Shown here: piece by piece, positions 47,668-58,297 of the stretch
How the letters are laid out: each line of letters opens with the position of its first letter
Numbering within the stretch: the first letter of the stretch is position 1
NCBI GenBank assembly: GCA_963677745.1
Contig: OY782391.1
Span: 288,001 to 352,000, forward strand
Source of the DNA: Candidatus Altimarinota bacterium
GTDB taxonomy: Bacteria > Patescibacteriota > Gracilibacteria > UBA1369
Reading direction: 5' to 3'
Length of the DNA: 64,000 nucleotides
Position numbers and translations under genes: made by a program
The notes under the pieces: generated by a model
What the model saw: the letters and a program-made list of their open reading frames with translations, nothing else
The model's database searches: none
Told to the model about the DNA's origin: nothing

Positions 47668-48465
47668 ATGAATAAACATTTCCGACTTAAATCCATAGTG
47701 GGCCGCGGTGCCCAGAATATAGTCGGCAGACTGGAAGATGACGACCGGCTGATCAAATTCCCCCACTGGACCGGTGCCAGATGGGACAAAAGCAGCGCGA
47801 AAAGCATCCTCGGCGATCTGGGAATTCATCTCCGCCGGAGCAATCCCATTCCGGAAACCAGCGTTGTGACCGAGCCTACCATTGATTTCGGCAGAAAAAT
47901 CATCAAACCGCCCTTTGCCGTGCTGGCCGAGGAAATCAGGGGAAAAGCACTGCGTGAAGCCGATCTGGTTAATCCGGACATCAAAGACCAGTTCAGTACC
48001 CTCATCAAAACCTCTCTGGCCATCCGGGAAGAAACCGGCTCCGGCGTGGACTTCATGGGCTTTGAATCAATCGGACATCTTTTTGAATATTTCCTGGGCA
48101 AAATTTCCGCTGACCAATTGGCAGCCTGTAATATTTTGATCGATTCCCGGGGACAAATTAAATTGATCGACACCAGTCTGCTTTCACCGGCCCGCGCCCC
48201 CTTCGGAGTGGGCTGGGCCATCGATTTCCTGATCGACGTACAGCACGGTTTGATGGCTGAAGTCCTGCAGGACCAAGAGCTGCTGGGTAAATGCAGCACA
48301 GACAACCACTCCCGGCTGATGACAAAACTGGCGGAAAAAGTTTATCAGTTGTCGCGCAGCCAAGATCCAGAAAAATTACCGGATCTCAGATCACCCCGTC
48401 ACCAAAATTTATTAAATGCCAACCATGCCCTCCCCCTTCACGGCCTACATCCTGGAGTGCAGTGA
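47668..48465 (+). CDS. Divergent protein-kinase-like fold protein
   Basis: VGRGAQNIV...LIKFP...NILIDSRGQIKLID. Confidence 0.5.
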   Translation: MNKHFRLKSIVGRGAQNIVGRLEDDDRLIKFPHWTGARWDKSSAKSILGDLGIHLRRSNPIPETSVVTEPTIDFGRKIIKPPFAVLAEEIRGKALREADLVNPDIKDQFSTLIKTSLAIREETGSGVDFMGFESIGHLFEYFLGKISADQLAACNILIDSRGQIKLIDTSLLSPARAPFGVGWAIDFLIDVQHGLMAEVLQDQELLGKCSTDNHSRLMTKLAEKVYQLSRSQDPEKLPDLRSPRHQNLLNANHALPLHGLHPGVQ

Positions 48466-48700
48466 TCAAACTCTCTATATTGGTTCCACCAACGACCTGC
48501 CCAAAAGACTGCATGCCCACAATCACCTCAAATCGGGGGCCAGATATACCAAAGCCCGGCGTCCGGTCCGGCTTATTTATCAGGAAAATTTCGAAACTTT
48601 CAGCGAGGCCAAAAAACGCGAGGCCGTTTTAAAAAGACTTTCCCGCAAAGAAAAACTTCTGCTAATCGCTGCCGGATTGCCCACTACAGAACGGATTTGA
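48425..48700 (+). CDS. GIY-YIG nuclease, UPF0213/YhbQ family
   Basis: YILECSDQTLYIGSTNDLPKRL..HN...GARYTKARRPVRL...A.KRE..LKRLSR..K. Confidence 0.85.
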   Translation: MPSPFTAYILECSDQTLYIGSTNDLPKRLHAHNHLKSGARYTKARRPVRLIYQENFETFSEAKKREAVLKRLSRKEKLLLIAAGLPTTERI

Positions 48701-48716
48701 TACAGCCTTTCCATTT

Positions 48717-49406
48717 TTACCAGAGCGGAGCTTCCACCAGTTTTGCCGTTTCTCCCCAGACTTTCAGAGGATTTGACTGATGAGGATGACCTTCCACCTG
48801 TACTATTTTCCAGGGAACCAGCTGATCCGTTGGCAAACCGTCCTTTTCCAGAATGGCTTTGGAAGGCAAAAAGACCAGATTCTCCTCGTCCATCATGCGA
48901 ATCACCACCATAGTATAGTCCTGCTCAAACTTTACCGAAACAATGCGACCGCCCAGCGTAGTGTTTCGGTCAAAATCGTAACTGTCCCTGGGTTCAAAAT
49001 TCTGATCGGGTGACCGCTTGATGGTATCAGGATTCATCTGATAGTTGATGGCTGCTATCTTCCAACTGCCGTCTTCTTTGGCAAATCCCACCAGCATTTC
49101 AATCCGCTGTGTTTTACCGGGATTCTGGACGTCGTTAAGGTTGGCAGTCAGATTAAGCGCAGCTTTTTCTCCTTCGGTTCCCAAATTTTCCACCTGATAA
49201 GAGATAGGCTGCATGGCCACCGCCATATCGGCAAACTGCGCCAGCTCCTCCGGTCCGATTTCCGGCGGATACATCTCCGACTGTAACCGGCCGGTTAAAA
49301 GTTTTTTGGCTTCGTCAAAATTTCTGGCGCGCACCGCCGAAACATATTGATCATAGACAGCCTGTAAATCGGCGACAGCAGGTGAATTGGAATTATTTTC
49401 GGTCAT
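48717..49406 (-). CDS. Hypothetical protein with NTF2-like N-terminal domain
   Basis: YVSAVRARNFDEAKKLL...F.KEDGSWKI. Confidence 0.6.
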   Translation of the reverse strand: MTENNSNSPAVADLQAVYDQYVSAVRARNFDEAKKLLTGRLQSEMYPPEIGPEELAQFADMAVAMQPISYQVENLGTEGEKAALNLTANLNDVQNPGKTQRIEMLVGFAKEDGSWKIAAINYQMNPDTIKRSPDQNFEPRDSYDFDRNTTLGGRIVSVKFEQDYTMVVIRMMDEENLVFLPSKAILEKDGLPTDQLVPWKIVQVEGHPHQSNPLKVWGETAKLVEAPLW

Positions 49407-49456
49407 GGTAAATAATTAGAAACTAATCCAATTATAAACCTTTTTACCAAAAATCT

Positions 49457-50143
49457 TCACGGCAAATCTGACCAGTCATCATCAAAATCAATCTTCAATT
49501 CTTCAAGATTGTGTTTTTCATTCTTGTCCCGGACAATCGTGCTCACCACCAGGCGCTTGAAAAGAGCCTGATTCAAACGATAGATCAGCACGCCCCCCAA
49601 CTTCCCCAGGCAGGTTAAATCTTCTTCCCGGATTTGAGAGACAACCTGAATTACTCTTTTCTGCTGGCTCAGATCATTACAGCGATCGATAAATTTACTT
49701 TCAATAAATAATTTTACCTTTGCCAGCCAGTCTCCCTCCAGATCAAACAGATAAACTATCCCCTGATCCACCAGTACCCTTTCCATCTGTTGCGGCGTGG
49801 GAGCCAGTTGCTCCTCCTCCATTTCAAACAGATAAGCCATACGTCCTTTCAGACGGGGCAGTTTACCAATATCCCCCGCGGATATTTTGGCTTTCACTAT
49901 CCTTTCAAACACCGCAATCGCCCGGCGCTTAACGGCGCTGATAATGCGGCTGCGTTCCTCTTCTTCAGAAGCCAAAGTCATCTCAGACAACCTGGTGCCA
50001 TTGAGCAATACCTGCTCCATCAAATCATGCACACACCTCTGAAAAGGATCCAAAGCTCCCAGTACTGGTGGATTACCGGAAGTCTCCGTTTCTTTATCAT
50101 CTATTTTTTCTGAATTGTCTTTCATCAATCTGGCCATCATCAT
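49457..50143 (-). CDS. Hypothetical protein
   Basis: 228-aa ORF; start codon uncertain (ATG at 50140 or 50137 likely). Confidence 0.6.
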   Translation of the reverse strand: MMMARLMKDNSEKIDDKETETSGNPPVLGALDPFQRCVHDLMEQVLLNGTRLSEMTLASEEEERSRIISAVKRRAIAVFERIVKAKISAGDIGKLPRLKGRMAYLFEMEEEQLAPTPQQMERVLVDQGIVYLFDLEGDWLAKVKLFIESKFIDRCNDLSQQKRVIQVVSQIREEDLTCLGKLGGVLIYRLNQALFKRLVVSTIVRDKNEKHNLEELKIDFDDDWSDLP

Positions 50144-50253
50144 AGATAAGACGGTATCTTATCTCATTTTAGCGTTTTGTCAACAGCCTTTGAGCTTCTA
50201 AAACGATCGTGAATTCTGTAAAATCAAAATGTGTTTTTAATTTAAATTCCAAC

Positions 50254-50610
50254 ATGAATCTAAAAAAACAAATGATCGGAATAGGACTCTTAACAACCAT
50301 TTTACTGGCCGGATGCGGCGCAGCCACTTTCGAGAATTTCAGTCTGATCGGTTCGGCCAAAGATGTTAAAGATTCCACCATCGGAAAAAATATCCAGAAA
50401 ATATATATGACGGACGGTAAACTGGAAGACGTGTGCAGCGAACAGGCCAATCTGATTACCGCCGCCAACTGGAAAGTCAGTGACGAAATGCGGAAAGAAA
50501 GCACTTACCATACCGCCACCTACACCGACGGCCAGGCCTATCTGACCCTGATGTGCAGCCAACAGGAAAACAATGCCGGCATCAAAGTAACTTTGACCCT
50601 GCAAAAATAA
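50254..50610 (+). CDS. Lipoprotein
   Basis: Lipobox LAGC after ATG 50254. Confidence 0.7.
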   Translation: MNLKKQMIGIGLLTTILLAGCGAATFENFSLIGSAKDVKDSTIGKNIQKIYMTDGKLEDVCSEQANLITAANWKVSDEMRKESTYHTATYTDGQAYLTLMCSQQENNAGIKVTLTLQK

Positions 50611-50629
50611 ATACCTAACAACTTATCTT

Positions 50630-50926
50630 ATGTCCTTTAAAAAAGCAGTCTACCTTTTTCTGACGATGATTCTGTTCGTGATGCTGATGAGCATCATCCA
50701 TACTTTTCTGAATTTCTGGTATTTCTACGCCTTCGCCACCGAGCTCAGCCAGCCCACGCTCACCACTTTTTGGCTTTTCTCCACCTATCTGCCGGTCTAT
50801 GTTCCGGTCCTGTTGCTGATCGCCGGACTGATCAGCGGCTTCTTTGTCGGCATGCGCTGGTGGCAGATTGTATATGTGGAAAAACGGCATTGGAGCTTCC
50901 GGAAAAAGACTAATCGAAAAAAATAA
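50630..50926 (+). CDS. Small two-TM membrane protein
   Basis: Hydrophobic; G..WWQIVYVE motif. Confidence 0.7.
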   Translation: MSFKKAVYLFLTMILFVMLMSIIHTFLNFWYFYAFATELSQPTLTTFWLFSTYLPVYVPVLLLIAGLISGFFVGMRWWQIVYVEKRHWSFRKKTNRKK

Positions 50927-52461
50927 TGAAAAATTTTTTCAGGATTCTGCTTTTTTCTTTTATTATTGGCAGCTTTTCCTCAACCGCGCTGGCGGTACCG
51001 CCACCTGATTTTCTTTTTAATATCGGTGGACAGTTGATTCAGGTTTTTTCCATATTGATGATTTTTTTGTCGGCCGCCTCAGTCACCGTTACCCAGTTTT
51101 TAAAAGCCTACCTGAAAAAATTCAAACATAAAAAAGCGCTCTGGATCGGATTGGCAGTAGCGATTGTGGCAATCTCTTCCCTGAGTGCCTATTTTTATCA
51201 GCAATACGCTCAAAAACAGGCTTATCAGGAGTGGATTTCCGAAAGTGAAGCGGCTCAACCAGTCGGTGACAATTTTGAAAATCCGCTGGATCAGCTGAAA
51301 ATTGCCGACACTGCCACTTCCACCACTCCCGCCTCAGCAGCACCCGCCATCGCTGCCCCGTCCGAACCGGAAAGCCGCTATATCCAATTTATCAGACAGT
51401 ACTATTCCAATCTGACCAACGGCAAAATCGACGAAGCCTATGCAGTCTCCAAAAAATCCGTACCCCTGGAAACCTTCCGCAGCTGGTATACCAACACCAG
51501 TGCTATTTCCATCGACAGCCTTCAGTCTATCGACCAATATAAATATTCGCTGCGTCTGACCCTGACCGAAAATAATGAGACTCAGTCCTATGCCACTCTG
51601 CTGACCCTGGCCGAAGATGCTTCCGGACAAATCCGGATCGCCGAATCCCAGGTCAGAACACTGGGTGCGCCCGTACCGGTTACCACCACTTCTGCCGCAA
51701 CTACTGCAACAACGATTCCTGCCACTGCGACCGTTCCGGCCGCGACGCCCGCCGCCCAGCCCTCTCTTCCGACTTCCGACGATAACAGTTTCTTCAATCA
51801 AAACCGCACTCTGCCCGTAGCAATCAATAACACTGACTTCCAAAAAGCAGCCGGAACCAATCCTCTTCTCTATGTTCTGGATGCCCGCGAAGACGAGGAA
51901 TATGACATCGGGCAGTACCCGGGCAGTCACCACATCCGTTTTGCCGACCTGGCGGCGGGCGAATGGATACAGGTACCCACCGACCGCGTCGTTTACGTCT
52001 TCTGCTGGTCGGGCATGCGCGGCAAAGAAGTGGCGGATTTTCTGCGGACCAAAAATATCGTCGCCCGCTATATTGAAAATGGCGCCGACGACTGGGTGAA
52101 TTTCGGCGGCCAGTGGAACGGCAGTGTCAAATTTTCCTCCCGCTATGGCGAAGCCCGTTATCAGAAAGTTTTCACTTTGAGCGAAATGAAGAAACAGATC
52201 GAAACGGGCACAGTGATCGTGGACTCCCGGCCTGCCAATAAATATGCCAAACACCACCTTCCCGACAGCATCAATATTCCGATGATTTACACCTCCACCA
52301 GCAAAATACCGGCCGCCCTGGCCCAGGTACCGGCGGGCAAGACAGTAATCACCGTCTGCGATGATTTCATCAGTTGTTTTGACGCCAAAGTCACGGGAAT
52401 CAAGCTGGAAAAAGAGGGACATATATTCTTAGGCCGTTATAACAAACCATGGGAATTTTAG
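50926..52461 (+). CDS. Membrane-anchored tandem rhodanese-domain protein
   Basis: VLDAREDEEY..G.YPGS, VFCWSGMRG; IVDSRP..Y...HLPDSINIP, TVC. Confidence 0.8.
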   Translation: MKNFFRILLFSFIIGSFSSTALAVPPPDFLFNIGGQLIQVFSILMIFLSAASVTVTQFLKAYLKKFKHKKALWIGLAVAIVAISSLSAYFYQQYAQKQAYQEWISESEAAQPVGDNFENPLDQLKIADTATSTTPASAAPAIAAPSEPESRYIQFIRQYYSNLTNGKIDEAYAVSKKSVPLETFRSWYTNTSAISIDSLQSIDQYKYSLRLTLTENNETQSYATLLTLAEDASGQIRIAESQVRTLGAPVPVTTTSAATTATTIPATATVPAATPAAQPSLPTSDDNSFFNQNRTLPVAINNTDFQKAAGTNPLLYVLDAREDEEYDIGQYPGSHHIRFADLAAGEWIQVPTDRVVYVFCWSGMRGKEVADFLRTKNIVARYIENGADDWVNFGGQWNGSVKFSSRYGEARYQKVFTLSEMKKQIETGTVIVDSRPANKYAKHHLPDSINIPMIYTSTSKIPAALAQVPAGKTVITVCDDFISCFDAKVTGIKLEKEGHIFLGRYNKPWEF

Positions 52462-54488
52462 AAAACCTGATTGTGTTTCCACGGGATTTTGACCGGTTCA
52501 AAGAACAGATCGGCAAAAAAACTCTCAACCTGAAACAACTGGTTGATCTGGACTACCGGGTCCCGGGCTATCTTGCCATTCCCTCCTCCGTCTGCACCCG
52601 GATTTTTCAGGACTCCGGAAAAATCCTGCTGGATCAGATTTGCCGGCAGATCAGGGAAGAAGCTCCCTATTCACTTTATGCCGTCCGCTCCAGCGCTTTG
52701 ATCGAAGACAGCAGTGAAAAAAGTCTGGCCGGCCAGTTTCACACCGAAATTGAGGTTGCCCCCGACCAACTGGCCAGCGCCATCATGACGGTACTAAAGC
52801 AGGCTCACCATTTTTTGGACGGCCAACTCGGACAATTTTCCATACTGATCCAGCAATATATTATTCCGGATTACGCGGGAGTTGCCTTTACCCGCGACCC
52901 CTTGGGCAACCGGGAAATTGTCCTGGAATATCATCGCGGCCGCGGTGAAGAATTGGTGAGCGGTAAAATCAAACCGGAGCGGCTGAAATTTCTGCCCGGC
53001 AATGTCCCCGCCGTATCGGCCCTTCCCGATTTAAAAAATATTGCGCGAAAATTCCGCGAAATTGAAAAACATTTCGGATTTGCCCAGGACATCGAGTGGT
53101 GCCTGAAAAACGGAACATGGTATTTTCTGCAGACCAGACCGGTTACGACCATCAGCGTCAGTCAGTATGAACAATGCCTGTACCTTGATCAAATTTTGCC
53201 TGCCGGAGAAAATTATTATTATGAAAAGACCGAAATTTCAGAGATTGCACCCGCTCCCACACCTTTCACCTGGAGTCTGCTGGAGAAAATCTATGCTCCC
53301 AATGGACCGGTTTCCCAGGTCTATCAAAAATACGGAGTCCATTACGCCGGAAAAAGTTTCCTGCTAAAAATCGGCAATGAACTGCTGGTGGACCGGGAAC
53401 GGGAATTGGCAAACTACCTGCCTTCCTACAGTTATTTTTCCGGGAAACAACTCCAGCCACGTCTGGCCCGCCTGTCGGGAATTTTTAAAACCATTGGAAA
53501 CATCCTGGCACTGAACCGGATTTCACTTCAAAACGATACTCTGTCCAAAACAATCAAAGAAGCACTGGAACAACCGGCGGAAAAATCTCCGGACTTCACG
53601 GAGCTGCTGCAACTGTTTATGAACAATTACCAATTGATCTTCGAAGCCAACCTGCTGGCCGACAAAGCTCTGAAAAATCTGACCCTGGCCGTTAAAAACG
53701 AGCCGATCGGTATCGCCGATTTACTGGGGGCCAGGCCCCCCTTCAATTACGAACCTCCGCCGGTACCCGTTCTGCCCGATTCCAGTTGGACTGGCAACGC
53801 TCTGGAGATCGCCAATGAGGAAAATTTCACGGTTTTCTCCCCCGCAATTCACGGCAGCAAGACGGTTGACTCCTGGTGGAGAGACCTTCCGGCCTGGAAA
53901 CAAACCTGGCTGAAACCGGTTATCTCCCAGGCTCTCTATTTCACAAAAATCCGCGAATACGGACGCTGGCTGACCGTCAAAGGAATCAACCAATTACGCC
54001 GGGAAATTTTGGAACAAGCCCGGCAAGCCGGCTTCAAAACTCCCCGGGATGCATATTTTGCGGAAATCGAAGAACTTCTCACGGGAAATTTCTCCGAAAA
54101 AAATTGTCGGCCCCGCAAAATCATCTTTGAAAAACAATCACAATTCCATTTTCCGTCACGGCTGACCAATATCTGCCATGAAGAAAAAAAACAACTGCAG
54201 GGAGTGTCCGCCGGCGTAGCCGGCGGACAACTGGTGACACTCGACCAGTTAGACGCACCGGGGGATAAAATTCTCTATACCAAGACTTTGACACCCGATC
54301 TGACAGCCTATTTCGACCAAATCAAAGGAATAGTTTCCGAAGAGGGAGGTTTGCTTTCCCACCTGGCCATCATGGCCCGTGAAAACAAACTGCCGGTGAT
54401 AGTCGGATTCAGCCTGTCTGACAGCAAGATCAAAATTGGCGACCGCCTGCGGATCGACGGTAATACCGGAACGATTTCCAACGGTTGA
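52449..54488 (+). CDS. PEP-synthase-like ATP-grasp plus phospho-His swivel protein (rifampin-phosphotransferase-like architecture)
   Basis: AVRSSALIEDS..SLAGQF, AGVAFTRDP, QDIEW, FLQTRPVTT; C-terminal GGLLSHLAIMARE..LP. Confidence 0.8.
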   Translation: MGILENLIVFPRDFDRFKEQIGKKTLNLKQLVDLDYRVPGYLAIPSSVCTRIFQDSGKILLDQICRQIREEAPYSLYAVRSSALIEDSSEKSLAGQFHTEIEVAPDQLASAIMTVLKQAHHFLDGQLGQFSILIQQYIIPDYAGVAFTRDPLGNREIVLEYHRGRGEELVSGKIKPERLKFLPGNVPAVSALPDLKNIARKFREIEKHFGFAQDIEWCLKNGTWYFLQTRPVTTISVSQYEQCLYLDQILPAGENYYYEKTEISEIAPAPTPFTWSLLEKIYAPNGPVSQVYQKYGVHYAGKSFLLKIGNELLVDRERELANYLPSYSYFSGKQLQPRLARLSGIFKTIGNILALNRISLQNDTLSKTIKEALEQPAEKSPDFTELLQLFMNNYQLIFEANLLADKALKNLTLAVKNEPIGIADLLGARPPFNYEPPPVPVLPDSSWTGNALEIANEENFTVFSPAIHGSKTVDSWWRDLPAWKQTWLKPVISQALYFTKIREYGRWLTVKGINQLRREILEQARQAGFKTPRDAYFAEIEELLTGNFSEKNCRPRKIIFEKQSQFHFPSRLTNICHEEKKQLQGVSAGVAGGQLVTLDQLDAPGDKILYTKTLTPDLTAYFDQIKGIVSEEGGLLSHLAIMARENKLPVIVGFSLSDSKIKIGDRLRIDGNTGTISNG

Positions 54489-54506
54489 ATTACTCCCGCC
54501 GGTCAA

Positions 54507-55307
54507 TCAAAGACACCCGCAAACCGCCGCATCCAGTTGCCGGGCAACTTCTGTTTCCGGACACTTGAGAACAAGGGACATTTCCCGGGCCAGCATTTCC
54601 CGGGCCTTTTTAAGCAGCATGCTTTCGCCATAGGACAGAATGTTTTTTTGAACCTTGGTTCTGGATAAATCGCGAAAGACCTCTGCCAGATCAAAGACCG
54701 ATCCGGTAGTCATTTTCTCTTTATAAACACGGAAACGCCTGACCCAGATTTCATCCGAATCTACCGGACGGTTTCCCAGAATTTCAAAAATTTCCTGTAC
54801 CTGCTCGCGGGGAATCAGCAGACGCATCCTGACCTCTTTGGACATTTCCAGAGGAACCATCACTTTGTGCTCGGTGTTGATTATTTTTAAGACAAAAAAC
54901 TTTTGTTTTTGCCCGGCAATAATCATCTCTCTCAATTCTGTCACTTCCGTTACACCGAAGCCGGGATAGACCGCCAAATCTCCGACCTTAAATCCTTCCT
55001 CCGCCTGTTCGGAAACCAGCTCGCCTTTCTTAACTTTCACCCCGTGATCATCCGGCCGGCCATAAAGCCCCTTCACTTCATCTTTTTCCAGCACCGAAAC
55101 GGCAATTTCATATCTTTTGTTCTCGGCTTTGCGTATTCCGGCCACCTCTCCGGCCACTTCATCCGGCGGCTTGGGTCCGCTGGGCTGTACTACTTCGGCT
55201 GCCTCAATGCTCTGTCCGTCTTCCAAATCCCTGTCAGCCTGCCAAACCAACAGATCTTCTTCAGCCGTCGACAAAACTTGCCCTTCGTTTTTATTGTCCG
55301 GCATCAT
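54507..55307 (-). CDS. carD: CarD family transcription regulator with acidic N-terminal extension
   Basis: FKVGDLAVYPGFGV...KVMVP...WVRRFR...G....AEVFRDL...LSYGE..LL.KA...LA.E. Confidence 0.85.
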   Translation of the reverse strand: MMPDNKNEGQVLSTAEEDLLVWQADRDLEDGQSIEAAEVVQPSGPKPPDEVAGEVAGIRKAENKRYEIAVSVLEKDEVKGLYGRPDDHGVKVKKGELVSEQAEEGFKVGDLAVYPGFGVTEVTELREMIIAGQKQKFFVLKIINTEHKVMVPLEMSKEVRMRLLIPREQVQEIFEILGNRPVDSDEIWVRRFRVYKEKMTTGSVFDLAEVFRDLSRTKVQKNILSYGESMLLKKAREMLAREMSLVLKCPETEVARQLDAAVCGCL

Positions 55308-55412
55308 GCAATTACATTTAATTACACCACAAGCTTGGAACCTGTCGTATTTTTTGTCAATAGGAGCTGGCCGTAAGACTAACCCCAAACCCACAACTAA
55401 TCCCCGAAATTT

Positions 55413-56603
55413 TTATCCAACAAAAGTCAGAGCCATCCCGCGTTTTTCGGCGCGGCCTGTACGTCCGATCCGGTGTATATAGTCGTCATAAGTGGCCGGC
55501 AAATCGTAATTGATCACGTGACTGACATCGGCAATGTCCAGGCCGCGCGCCGCCACATCCGTGGCGATCAGTACCTGCACCCGGTTGGACTTGAAATCAT
55601 TCAGAGCCGACTGTCTTTTGCCCTGGGATTTGTTGCCGTGAATGGAAGCCACCTTAAAACCGTTATTGATCAGATGTTTGGACAGCTTTTCCACACCGTG
55701 TTTGGTTTTGCCAAACACCAGTACTTTCTGGAATTCTTTTTTGACCAGCAATTCCTGCAATATATCAACTCTCTGTCTGCCTCCGCTGATGCGGATAACG
55801 TCCTGATCGATAGTGGCCGCCGTATCACGAACCTTCACGGAAATCCGCTCGGGATTTTTCAAAAAGTCATTGATTAGTGCCTCCACCTCGCGGGGTAGAG
55901 TCGCAGAAAAGAACAGCGTCTGGCGATCCTTGGGAATGGTGGAAAATATCATTTTGATATCGGGCATAAATCCCATATCCAGCATCCGGTCAGCCTCATC
56001 CAGCACCACATTGTGACAAATGCTGAGATTGAGCACCTTTCTCTGAATCAGATCTTTGATGCGGCCGGGAGTACCGATGATAAAACTGACGTTTCTGCGT
56101 AAATCACGAATCTGCGCCATAATATTGGCACCACCGATACAAAGTGCGGTTGTAATCCCCAGACCGGAAGAAAAGATAATAAACTCCTCTTTGATCTGTT
56201 GGGCCAGTTCTCTGGTCGGAGCCAGAATCAATACTTTTTCATTGCGGTTTTTCAGTACTTTATTCAGTAACGGCAATAAAAATGCCGCCGTCTTGCCGGT
56301 ACCGGTATTGGCGATGCCCACCAGATCCTTGCCTTCCAGAATCAACGGGATGGACTGATCCTGAATTGGCGTAGGCTTCAGGTAGCCCTTGCGGATGACA
56401 TTTCTTTTCAGGCTTTCTTCCAGGGCAAAATCTTTAAACAAGTACTTGGGAACAAATTCCTGAACCTGTTCGGTTGCCGCGGCTCTGTTGATAAATTTGG
56501 ACACGTCAATCTGCTGGTCTCTGAACCCGCGTTTTTGATTTCCTCCAAAATGTGACGGCCCCCCCCTTCTGCCGCTGCGGCCGCCGTAGTTTCTTCTATA
56601 CAT
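55413..56603 (-). CDS. DEAD-box RNA helicase
   Basis: PTPIQ, ANTGTGKT, PTRELA, TPGR, DEAD, SAT, ARGLD, HRIGRTGR. Confidence 0.95.
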   Translation of the reverse strand: MYRRNYGGRSGRRGGPSHFGGNQKRGFRDQQIDVSKFINRAAATEQVQEFVPKYLFKDFALEESLKRNVIRKGYLKPTPIQDQSIPLILEGKDLVGIANTGTGKTAAFLLPLLNKVLKNRNEKVLILAPTRELAQQIKEEFIIFSSGLGITTALCIGGANIMAQIRDLRRNVSFIIGTPGRIKDLIQRKVLNLSICHNVVLDEADRMLDMGFMPDIKMIFSTIPKDRQTLFFSATLPREVEALINDFLKNPERISVKVRDTAATIDQDVIRISGGRQRVDILQELLVKKEFQKVLVFGKTKHGVEKLSKHLINNGFKVASIHGNKSQGKRQSALNDFKSNRVQVLIATDVAARGLDIADVSHVINYDLPATYDDYIHRIGRTGRAEKRGMALTFVG

Positions 56604-56695
56604 AAAAAGTTTATAGCTACTAGAAAACCGATAATATATTAAGAACACAAGAAAGTCAATAGCGCAACTATCAAATCACCAGGAGAAATTTTCCC

Positions 56696-57412
56696 CTAAA
56701 GCAACGACATTTCCAGGCGCACGGATTCGGCGATTTGCCGCACTTCCCACTCCGCTTCCTGAAGCGGAGAACTGCGGTGGAACTGCTGGGATGTCAACAA
56801 ACGTTTTCTGCGCAAATATTTTCTCAGGTATTTTTTATTGAAAACCCACAATACCAGTCCGCAAACTATAATAATTCCCGCCAGCTGGATATTGATCACC
56901 ACCGACTTTAACAGTTCCAGGTTTTTGCCCAGCGTATATCCCAGACTGCCCATCAATGAAGCCCAGGCCAGACCACCGGCTATATTAAGTCCCAAAAACA
57001 GCGCATAAGGCACCTCAAACACACCGGCCAGCAAAGCCGCATAAATTCTGAGCAGCGGCGTGAATCTGCCGATAAAAATAGTGGAACTGCCGTATTTAAG
57101 AAAAGTAATTTCAGCTTTTTTTATTTCGTGGGCCTTCATGATCTTCCATTTCTGCAGTTTGGCAAACAGGAAGTCTCTGCCCAGTTTTCGGCCGATCCAG
57201 TAACCAAAATTATCGCCGACTATCGCCGCCACCGCGGCCAATCCGATCACCGCAAAAATATTCAGATGTCCCTGGGCAGCCGCAATACTGCCGATCAGCA
57301 ACACCGTCTCCCCGGGAAACGGAAAACCCGTACATTCAATCAATATACCCAGAAAAATCACCCAATAACCGTAGGTTTGAATCAGATTTAATATAAAGTC
57401 CCAGTTTTCCAT
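56696..57412 (-). CDS. dedA: DedA family membrane protein
   Basis: E..GFPFPGETVL, GDNFGYWIGR, FIGRFTPLLR. Confidence 0.9.
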   Translation of the reverse strand: MENWDFILNLIQTYGYWVIFLGILIECTGFPFPGETVLLIGSIAAAQGHLNIFAVIGLAAVAAIVGDNFGYWIGRKLGRDFLFAKLQKWKIMKAHEIKKAEITFLKYGSSTIFIGRFTPLLRIYAALLAGVFEVPYALFLGLNIAGGLAWASLMGSLGYTLGKNLELLKSVVINIQLAGIIIVCGLVLWVFNKKYLRKYLRRKRLLTSQQFHRSSPLQEAEWEVRQIAESVRLEMSLL

Positions 57413-57515
57413 TAGTCACAATAAAAAACGACTTAAGTCAAGCACGGGGAGTATATCCTTTTCAAAAAAAGAAAACCAGCCCAAAAATGGATCTTTTAAA
57501 AGGCTTTTTCTCCCG

Positions 57516-58274
57516 TTAAAGCACATTGGCACCCCGGCCCCCGTCAATTACGGTTACCTGACCGGTGATATTGCGTGCCTCCGGGGAAACCAAAAAATAA
57601 ACCGCGTTGGCAATATCCTGCGGCATATTGAAGCGATGAAGGGGAATCGAACTGATCCGGCGCTTCACCTCCGCCGGATTTTTCATAAACGACATAAACC
57701 CGCTCCAGGTATAGCTGGGAGCAATGGCGTTGACCCGAATCTTGGGAGCCAGCAGCAGCGCCAGTGATTTACTAAAATGTATTACCGCCGCCTTGGCCAG
57801 GGCATACTCAAAACTGCTTTTGCGCGGATAAAGACCGGCCACCGAAGCAATATTGACGATATTGCCCTTGATTTTCTGTTCCAGCATTTTTTTAGAAACC
57901 ATCTGTGAGATGAAATAGACGCTTTTCAGATCCACCGACATGGCATGATCCCAGTTTTTTTCAGTTGATTCAAAAAAGCCGTTTTCAGGATATACCCCTG
58001 CATTGTTGACCAGAACATCCACCCTGCCGAATTTTTTATAAACTGCCTGTACCAGCTTTTTCATCTCGGACATTTTGGAAAAGTCCGCCTCAAAAAACTC
58101 GGCCTTTACTCCATAATCCTTGCGCAGGGACTTCAGCAGGTCGTTCTCCTCTTTATCCCAGACATGACAATGCAGAGCCAGGAAAGCCCCCTCTTTGGCG
58201 AAGCGTTCGGCGGTCGCCCTGCCGATAGCCCTGGAAGCACCCGTAATAAACACAACCTTTCCTTTATATTTCAT
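57516..58274 (-). CDS. Short-chain dehydrogenase/reductase (FabG-like)
   Basis: TGASRAIG, LVNNAG, YALAK, IRVNAIAP, ITGQ...DGG. Confidence 0.9.
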   Translation of the reverse strand: MKYKGKVVFITGASRAIGRATAERFAKEGAFLALHCHVWDKEENDLLKSLRKDYGVKAEFFEADFSKMSEMKKLVQAVYKKFGRVDVLVNNAGVYPENGFFESTEKNWDHAMSVDLKSVYFISQMVSKKMLEQKIKGNIVNIASVAGLYPRKSSFEYALAKAAVIHFSKSLALLLAPKIRVNAIAPSYTWSGFMSFMKNPAEVKRRISSIPLHRFNMPQDIANAVYFLVSPEARNITGQVTVIDGGRGANVL

Positions 58275-58297
58275 ATTTTGATTTTATTTTTAACATT

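Noticed and set aside
51334-52422. Long antisense ORFs (also 10948-11808, 22914-23549, 26079-26687, 27318-27956, 38750-39388)
   Set aside because: These are shadow frames opposite well-supported genes.
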